A stretch of DNA of 62,586 nt from Deltaproteobacteria bacterium SM23_61. GTDB lineage: Bacteria > Desulfobacterota > SM23-61. The notes beneath the pieces are model-generated. The model made no database searches and was not told where the DNA came from. It saw only the letters and a program-made list of their open reading frames with translations. Positions 56,931-62,586 of this stretch are shown here, in pieces. The translations under genes and the position numbers were made by a program. Each line of letters begins with the position of its first letter. Position 1 is the stretch's first letter. The stretch is from positions 1-62,586 of the forward strand of contig LJUR01000002.1 in the NCBI GenBank assembly GCA_001304105.1, given 5' to 3'.

Positions 56931-57662
56931 CTATTTCCGCAGGGAATCGATGTTGGGCATGAAGGTCAGGGTAAAAACCTCATCCTTGAAATCTCTTTTC
57001 TTGATCTGGGCGTAGATCATGACGGACTTGTAGCCCTTGTACAAAGGGCTGTCCGTTTCCATGACCGAGGGCCGCACGATCTCTCGCCCAAAATCTCTCA
57101 TCTCCTTGAAATACAGGGTCTTGATGAGCATGTCCGCCTCGGTGCGACATTCGATTTTGGTGGGCAGTTTTTTATTTTTATCCGCCCACATCTTCAGCCG
57201 GTCGTAGGCCACGGTTTTGTTCTTGGCTTTGAGCTGAAGAAAATAGTCGTTCCCGATCTCTTCCACCTTTTCCACCTCGTATTCCGCCGCGTAATCCAGC
57301 TGGAGGATATCGGAGTTATTAAAAACCCCCCCCACCACGGACTGGAGGCTGGTGATGCGGATGGGCTTCCCCACGTTGGGGATGTAGAGCCACATGTTCT
57401 CTCCCACCCGGAGGGTGCTCCGCCCCTTTTCGCTAGCCGGAGCAAGAAACAGGGCGGCCACCTTATCCACCCCTTTCTTGACCGAAAAGAGGACAAATTC
57501 CTTCTTCCGACCGTCGGGCTCCACGTTGATGAGCTTCCGGTACATCTCAAACGACTCGGGATTGAGATTCCGGTCAATCTGTTTCAAGAGCTGCGTTCCG
57601 TCCAAGGCAAAGGCCGGGACGGCAAAGATCAAGGCGATAATCAGAGTAATGATTTTTAGCAT
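56931..57662 (-). CDS. LolA-like outer-membrane lipoprotein-sorting protein family (periplasmic)
   Basis: Start at MLKIITLIIALIFAVPAFA (signal peptide). The body is typical of the LolA_like family often paired with FtsX-type ABC systems. The longer ORF N-terminus (MDSRFHGNDE) is a translation of the REP element. Confidence 0.75.
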   Translation of the reverse strand: MLKIITLIIALIFAVPAFALDGTQLLKQIDRNLNPESFEMYRKLINVEPDGRKKEFVLFSVKKGVDKVAALFLAPASEKGRSTLRVGENMWLYIPNVGKPIRITSLQSVVGGVFNNSDILQLDYAAEYEVEKVEEIGNDYFLQLKAKNKTVAYDRLKMWADKNKKLPTKIECRTEADMLIKTLYFKEMRDFGREIVRPSVMETDSPLYKGYKSVMIYAQIKKRDFKDEVFTLTFMPNIDSLRK

Positions 57663-57730
57663 CTTCCTTTCCTCTCTCTCAGGCGTAATTCCATTTTGTC
57701 GTACCTTACCCATTCGAAAAATCTTTCGCT

Positions 57731-57805
57731 CGTCATTCCCGTGAAAACGGGAATCCACGAATTGCAGATAAAAAAGCTGGATTCCTGCTTGCGCAGGAAT
57801 GACGG
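57731..57805. repeat. Double-hairpin REP-like element (best-preserved copy)
   Basis: cgtcattcccgtgaaaacgggaatccacg-17nt-ctggattcctgcttgcgcaggaatgacgg. Confidence 0.85.
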
Positions 57806-57866
57806 AGATTTTTTAAAGGGACTCACTGCCGCCGCCATTTTCAAACCGCCGAATCGGTACCGATTT

Positions 57867-58256
57867 TCACTTTTGGGTTTCCAAAGCCTTCTTCAAGGCC
57901 TCTTCGGCGCTACCCCTGAATTCCAGATATCCCATTCCTTTCCCCTTCATGGCCTGGATCATCTTTACCCCGAATTCCCCGGCCACGACCGTGGTTGCTC
58001 CCTTTTGCGCCAGGAAGGGTACGACCGAAGTCCCCGCGCCCCTTCGGGCTGTTTTATAAGGGTTATCGACGGCTTCCAGGAACTTTCCCGATCCATCAAA
58101 AATCAGGAAGTAGGGGGCGCGGGCGGCCACCCCGCTCACCTTGGCTGCGGCAGTCTTCCCCTCCGCAGCCACGACAATTCTCCCCTGCTCCGCGGCATAA
58201 ACAAGCACCGTGAGCTGGAAAATAACAGACAGAATGGTTAAAGCGATTCTTTTCAC
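57867..58256 (-). CDS. NifB/NifX-type (dinitrogenase FeMo-cofactor-binding domain family) protein with an N-terminal signal peptide
   Basis: RAPYFLIFDGSGKFLEAVDNPY...VVPFLAQKGATTVVAGEFGVKMIQAM matches the Nitro_FeMo-Co domain pattern. It is preceded by MKRIALTILSVIFQLTVLVYA. Confidence 0.7.
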   Translation of the reverse strand: MKRIALTILSVIFQLTVLVYAAEQGRIVVAAEGKTAAAKVSGVAARAPYFLIFDGSGKFLEAVDNPYKTARRGAGTSVVPFLAQKGATTVVAGEFGVKMIQAMKGKGMGYLEFRGSAEEALKKALETQK

Positions 58257-58380
58257 TTCTCATCTCCTTTATATTTCATTTTTTGGCTTTGTTCAAAAGG
58301 TACGTCATTTGTCACAGGGATGGCTAAAACGAAAAATCTTCAAATTGGCCCCGAAATCCTCGCTGGCCAACCCCTCTCTG

Positions 58381-58426
58381 AAATCCCCCCCAACCCCCCT
58401 TTATTAAAGGGGGACAGGGGGGATTT
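58381..58426. repeat. Palindromic C/G-tract element AAATCCCCCCaaCCCCCCTTTattaAAGGGGGacaGGGGGGATTT
   Basis: Read directly from the sequence. Confidence 0.8.
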
Positions 58427-58601
58427 CTGGCAGGGCAGTGGTCCCAGGAAAAATCCAGCGTGCTGCTTGCAATTATGCCCCTCTTGGAGTAACTGCTGAG
58501 AACCGATCCATCATGTACTTTTTAAACAAACCCTATTTTTCCCCTTTCCCATTTAACTTTTTACCCCTCACCCCTTACCCCTCACCTCTTACCTTGTTAC
58601 T

Positions 58602-59843
58602 CTACACATGTCTCAGCGCCTTGATAGGCTCCATCTTGGAGGCCTTCAAGGCCGGCTGGAGGCTGGCGACCACAGAGACAAAGATTACGATGGCCGAGAT
58701 AACCAGCATATTCGTGGGATCCAGGGTGGGGGAAAGGACCAGGTCCTTCTGCCTTCCGAAATCGAAGGTCACCCAGCCCGAGACATTCAGGATGAAGATG
58801 ATCGCCATCCCGATGATGTTTCCGATCACCGCCCCGATGACACCGAGGCAAAACCCCTCCATAACAAACATGGACAAAATCTTCGCCGGGAGGGTGCCGA
58901 TGGCGGCGATGGTCCCGATCTCCCGGATACGCTCGTAAACCGCCATGATCATCACGTTCATGATGCTGATCAGGACCACGGCGATGAGCAGGATCTGGAT
59001 GAAGACGGTCATCATGTCGATCATCCGGGCGATGTTATAGAAGGGGGACAATTGCTCCCAGGAGTGGACTTCAAAGGCCGGTTTGCCTTGCTTGGTCACC
59101 TCCCCGGAGAGCAGGCTATCGAGTTTCCGGGTGAAAGCCTCCACTTTGCCAAAATCCTTGAGGCGGATCGCTATTTCGCTGACCTCCATCTCCCCCATGC
59201 GCAGAACTTCCATGGCGTCTTCGATATGAACGTATCCATCCCTTCCTCCGGGGCCGGTGGCGCTCTCCAGGATTCCGCCTACTTTGAACTGTTTCCCGTT
59301 GACCGAGCCGTCCTGGTTGGTGGCCACGATGACGACCATATCCCCGATCTTCGCTTTCATGCCCCTGGCGAGCAGTTCAGGGATCAGAATCTCCCCCCTG
59401 TTGAGGCTTTTTTGCCCCTCCGTAATCCTGGAAGGAAGAAGGGGGATGGTCTTAAATTCCTTCTCCGGATACACCCCGTTCAGGCGGACATTGGTGGTCT
59501 CCACAAAGGTGCTGAACATTCCCCCGAATTTGATCCTCGGGGAGTAGGCTTCGACTTCCGACTGTTGATTCAGGATACCTTCCAGCTTCTTGACCGCCTG
59601 GGGTTTCAGGTTGAGGTTGAGGGGAAGGTTTTCGATGGAAGCCACGTATCCTTTGCGATGGACCTGCAGATGGCCGATCATGGAATCGGTGATCTGCCCG
59701 ATCATCATGTTCTTAAAGGAACCGGAGATGGAGACGTATCCCAGGACGAAGATTACCCCGATGGCAATCAGCGCCACTGTCAGTAAGGTTCTTCTTTTAT
59801 ACCGGAAGAGATTCCGGACGGCGATTTTGAAAAGGTTAGCCAT
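58602..59843 (-). CDS. ABC transporter permease, FtsX/MacB/LolC-like
   Basis: N-terminus IAVRNLFRYKRRTLLT, a large periplasmic loop between TM1 and TM2, and a C-terminal FtsX-like 3-TM module. Confidence 0.85.
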   Translation of the reverse strand: MANLFKIAVRNLFRYKRRTLLTVALIAIGVIFVLGYVSISGSFKNMMIGQITDSMIGHLQVHRKGYVASIENLPLNLNLKPQAVKKLEGILNQQSEVEAYSPRIKFGGMFSTFVETTNVRLNGVYPEKEFKTIPLLPSRITEGQKSLNRGEILIPELLARGMKAKIGDMVVIVATNQDGSVNGKQFKVGGILESATGPGGRDGYVHIEDAMEVLRMGEMEVSEIAIRLKDFGKVEAFTRKLDSLLSGEVTKQGKPAFEVHSWEQLSPFYNIARMIDMMTVFIQILLIAVVLISIMNVMIMAVYERIREIGTIAAIGTLPAKILSMFVMEGFCLGVIGAVIGNIIGMAIIFILNVSGWVTFDFGRQKDLVLSPTLDPTNMLVISAIVIFVSVVASLQPALKASKMEPIKALRHV

Positions 59844-60525
59844 TCTCCCTGCCCCCTTTCACCTGCTTGCCCACCAGTTCTCCATCGGCCAGCGAATAGA
59901 GGATTTCTGCTTCGCCCACGATCCGCTGATCGTGGGTGGAAAAAATGAAGGTCGACTTTAGCTCATCCCGCATTTTTTTCATCAAGTTAATAATGGTATA
60001 GGCCGTCTTGGAATCCAGGTTGGCCGTCGGCTCGTCGGCCAGGACCAGCTTGGGGTCGGAGACCCGCGCCCGGGCCACGTTCTGGTCGGCCATGCCCACC
60101 GCCTCCAGAACGGCCATTACCCTCTTCCTTCTTTCTCCGGCGGCGATATTTTTCACAATGATGAGGGGATATTCAATGTTCTCATAAACGGTCAGGACGG
60201 GAATCAGGTTGAAGTCCTGGAAGATGAAACCCAGGTTGTCCCCCCGGAACTGGGCGCTCTCATGCCGGTCGAGCTTCAGAACATCCGTGCCCACCACGGT
60301 TAAATTCCCCTCCGTGGGCTTGTCCAGGCACCCGATCAAATTCAAGAGCGTTGTCTTTCCGCTTCCCGAGGGACCGACAAAGGAAACGAAGGAGGCGGGC
60401 TCGATCTCGAAGCTCACGCCCCTCAAGGCCCGGACGACGACCTCCCCTCCCCCGTAATCTTTGCTTACTTTTGTTGCCACTACCTGGTAATCCTTGCTGA
60501 TATTTTCCGCTAAGATCAAGCTCAT
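59836..60525 (-). CDS. ABC ATPase (MacB/LolD-like) that lacks the LSGGQ signature motif
   Basis: Walker A GPSGSGKT, Q-loop IFQDFNL, Walker B LVLADEPT and H-loop STHD are present. Between ...EAVGMADQ and NVARARVSDPKLVLADEPT the expected ~13 residues containing LSGGQ are absent. The N-terminus has a duplicated (I/V)SKDY segment. Confidence 0.8.
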   Translation of the reverse strand: MSLILAENISKDYQVVATKVSKDYGGGEVVVRALRGVSFEIEPASFVSFVGPSGSGKTTLLNLIGCLDKPTEGNLTVVGTDVLKLDRHESAQFRGDNLGFIFQDFNLIPVLTVYENIEYPLIIVKNIAAGERRKRVMAVLEAVGMADQNVARARVSDPKLVLADEPTANLDSKTAYTIINLMKKMRDELKSTFIFSTHDQRIVGEAEILYSLADGELVGKQVKGGRENG

Positions 60526-61006
60526 AACCCCTCCTGAAATGTCGCTTTTTTTATTATATGCTTTTTTTGACTGTGCATTTCAAAACATTTTTTCTGCAAC
60601 TTTTTGTGGAGCTTTCTTCGATTGAAAATTCTTTTAAAAGCAAGTTCTGTACCCCTCGCAGGCGCCAACAAAACCGCAGCAAATTCAATCCTCGATTCAA
60701 AATAGCCTTTTTTGAGAAATAATCAGGGTCGACGGTTTTGTCGAAATGGAAATAGAGCCTTTCAATAAATGGTTTGAATAATAGAGGAAAGCTTTTCGCC
60801 GGGATGGAACGGGAAAACAGACTTGTCGAATGGGAGGAGGGTTATGTTTTTTGCCGAACTGGAGATAATTTTTTCTTTCTATTTTGGCATTGCTTTCAAG
60901 ATCGCTTCTCCCCGGCATGAAAACAGGGACGGGTGACCCATTCTGTCTTTTCTGGTTTGGTGAAGGGAACCCAGGTTATGATTGTTTTTTATTTTTGATC
61001 CTCATG

Positions 61007-61699
61007 TCATCGGGAACGGTTCATTCTGATGAAGTCACTCGGACAAACAAAGTGATCCGTAATCCATTCCTCCGGCTTTTTGCAAATTGAATGTTCTTTC
61101 TTGCCGGCGGAGATGTAGGCGGAACCTTCCCAGAGGTTCACTTTCCTGATTTCAAAATGCAGGTGGATTCCCTTCCCCGAACCATGGGGAAAATCCCCCA
61201 TATAGCCGATTCGTTGGCCTCTCTTCACGATCCGGTTCAACCCGACGTTTTGGGGATCAATGCCCGACATATGGTAGTAGGCCGACCAGACTTTCTCGGC
61301 AGTCTTTCCCCCGGGAAGTTTAAATCGAATTCCCGGCGGGGCCGCATGTTCCAAGATCACTATATATCCTGAAAATTCATTTTGATATTCGGCAAAGACG
61401 ACGGTGCCGTTCGAGCAGGCGTAAATGGCACTGCCCAGAGGGCCGGCCACATCTTCCCCGGGATGATAACTCAAGGGGCAGCCAAGAGACCGCACGTTCC
61501 TCTCAAGAAACCGGTTGCCGGTCGGGAAATAGCCGGGCAGTGGGAAATCGAAACCATCGGAGACAGCCGGATTGGACAAATCCACTTTGGTTGTCCGATC
61601 CCGGGGGATCAAAGTCTGGTCGGAAGCGCACCCGACAAGAAATAAAAAGACACCGGACCAAATCAAAATAGAGAAAAGCCATGCGTTCTTCCCGTTCAT
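61007..61699 (-). CDS. M23-family metallopeptidase lipoprotein
   Basis: Lipobox FLVGC after the ATG at 61699 (GGAGGAGG RBS). HPGEDVAG and GIHLHFEIR motifs. Confidence 0.85.
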   Translation of the reverse strand: MNGKNAWLFSILIWSGVFLFLVGCASDQTLIPRDRTTKVDLSNPAVSDGFDFPLPGYFPTGNRFLERNVRSLGCPLSYHPGEDVAGPLGSAIYACSNGTVVFAEYQNEFSGYIVILEHAAPPGIRFKLPGGKTAEKVWSAYYHMSGIDPQNVGLNRIVKRGQRIGYMGDFPHGSGKGIHLHFEIRKVNLWEGSAYISAGKKEHSICKKPEEWITDHFVCPSDFIRMNRSR

Positions 61700-61905
61700 C
61701 TTGCGTTCCCTCCTCCTGCCATTCAGTCTAGGAGCCGGTCTACCCCGGCTAAAGATTCCCCCTGGATGCTTGGATGGGCATGACTCCCCTCGGGGGTTGG
61801 GCAAGCTGTCCATCTTGGGGACCTGAAAAAAGGAAGGCCGAGGTTGATCCTCGGCCTTCCCTCTCTCTGTTGGGCTTTTTCCATATGCGGATTGGGTCGC
61901 TCCTT

Positions 61906-62355
61906 TTACGTGCCCAGCAGCGCCCCCCAGTACTTCGCCGGGTCTTTCTCGAACCGTTTTTTCATCAAGGTGTCAAGCATGGCATGGTGGATTTTCTCGT
62001 CATTCCAGATCTGCTCGAAAATGTATTGCAGGGCGGGGGTATTGGTTAGTTTCTTCATCTCAGCAAGAAAATCCTTGTGCTTTCTCTCCATTTCTTCATG
62101 CTTCTCCAACAGGTCCCAGACTTCTTTTCTTTCTTCCGCTCCGGCCACTTGTTTATACTCGAGGACTTCCAAAGCGGCCCGGCCCAAATCGGCATGTTTT
62201 CGGGAATCGTGCTGGATGGCTCGAAGCAAATACTTTACGGTTGAATTCGCGGCTTGACCGGCCGTTTTTTCGGTCAGAGCAATCACTTCCTCCTCGACTT
62301 TAATCAGTTGATTCACCATTTTCTTGAGCTGTTCGATCTTTTCTTCCTCCTTCAT
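61906..62355 (-). CDS. Hypothetical four-helix (ferritin-like?) protein
   Basis: All-helical, with recurrent E/H pairs (HDSRKH, HEEMERKH, NDEKIHH). The family was not identified. Confidence 0.45.
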   Translation of the reverse strand: MKEEEKIEQLKKMVNQLIKVEEEVIALTEKTAGQAANSTVKYLLRAIQHDSRKHADLGRAALEVLEYKQVAGAEERKEVWDLLEKHEEMERKHKDFLAEMKKLTNTPALQYIFEQIWNDEKIHHAMLDTLMKKRFEKDPAKYWGALLGT

Positions 62356-62540
62356 ATCCGCACCCCCCTTTCAAAAAATAGTGAACGGCTTCAATGTGAG
62401 TATGGGTAAAAAGGGAAAGGCTGTCAAGGGGAAATATCGGCCTTTTCATTCTCGGCAAATAAGCTTTTATCGCTTAGTACTACAGCGGCACTTTTTCAAA
62501 AAAAGGCATTGCAGCGATAAAAAATGCTGAATCCCCACCC

Positions 62541-62586
62541 CGTCATACCCGCGAAAGCGGGTATCCAGTTAGGTTTTAAACGGCAT
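62541..62586. repeat. Double-hairpin REP-like element, truncated by the window end
   Basis: cgtcatacccgcgaaagcgggtatccag.... Confidence 0.6.

Noticed and set aside
56931-57758. Long form of the LolA-like ORF starting MDSRFHGNDE
   Set aside because: The first 32 codons translate the REP-like double hairpin (57731-57805). The signal peptide begins at the internal Met (57662).
58608-59786. 392-aa plus-strand ORF
   Set aside because: It is antisense to the FtsX-type permease, with a His/Asp/Gly-rich nonsense composition.

Overview
This is a 62.6-kb bacterial chromosomal window with mosaic base composition. By eye, a backbone of about 58-62% GC (1-11.7 kb, 17.6-19.1 kb, 39.9-62.6 kb) is interrupted by two blocks. 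One is about 33% GC (11.9-17.2 kb). The other is about 45-50% GC (19.3-39.8 kb) and ends at a tRNA-Val(CAC) gene.

I support about 57 protein genes, 1 tRNA, 2 partial tRNA 3' copies, 2 pseudogenes and several families of intergenic palindromic repeats. I found no CRISPR array, rRNA or intact transposase/integrase.

The main result is selenocysteine recoding. Four genes carry an in-frame TGA where a redox-active residue is expected, and each TGA is followed 12-14 nt later by a short hairpin with a G-rich loop (SECIS-like). The ORF track splits or truncates all four:
- a GrdB-family selenoprotein B next to a GrdE-type proprotein, with no other grd genes nearby;
- a small Thioredoxin_3-type protein (U-P-K-C) inside an arsR-permease-trx-arsC operon;
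- two paralogous exported proteins built on a degenerate 5'-nucleotidase/SoxB-like metallophosphoesterase scaffold with a C-x(1-2)-U motif. One of them is fused to a tetraheme cytochrome c, and each sits beside an exported thioredoxin-fold protein.

I consider the 47.8-55.1 kb segment the best candidate for an undescribed extracytoplasmic selenol/thiol redox system. It lies inside a 16-kb run of 17 co-directional minus-strand envelope genes (44.5-60.5 kb).

Other structure:
- An 88-bp perfect direct repeat of the eamA 3' end brackets a 7.2-kb insertion. The insertion carries AT-rich WD40 and Sel1/ankyrin repeat proteins.
- tRNA 3'-end duplications and an integrase remnant indicate old tandem integrations in the 19-40 kb block. 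That block carries an AcnX (DUF521/DUF126) cluster and an extra RpoD-like sigma factor.

All family assignments come from motif recognition by eye. No database search was run.
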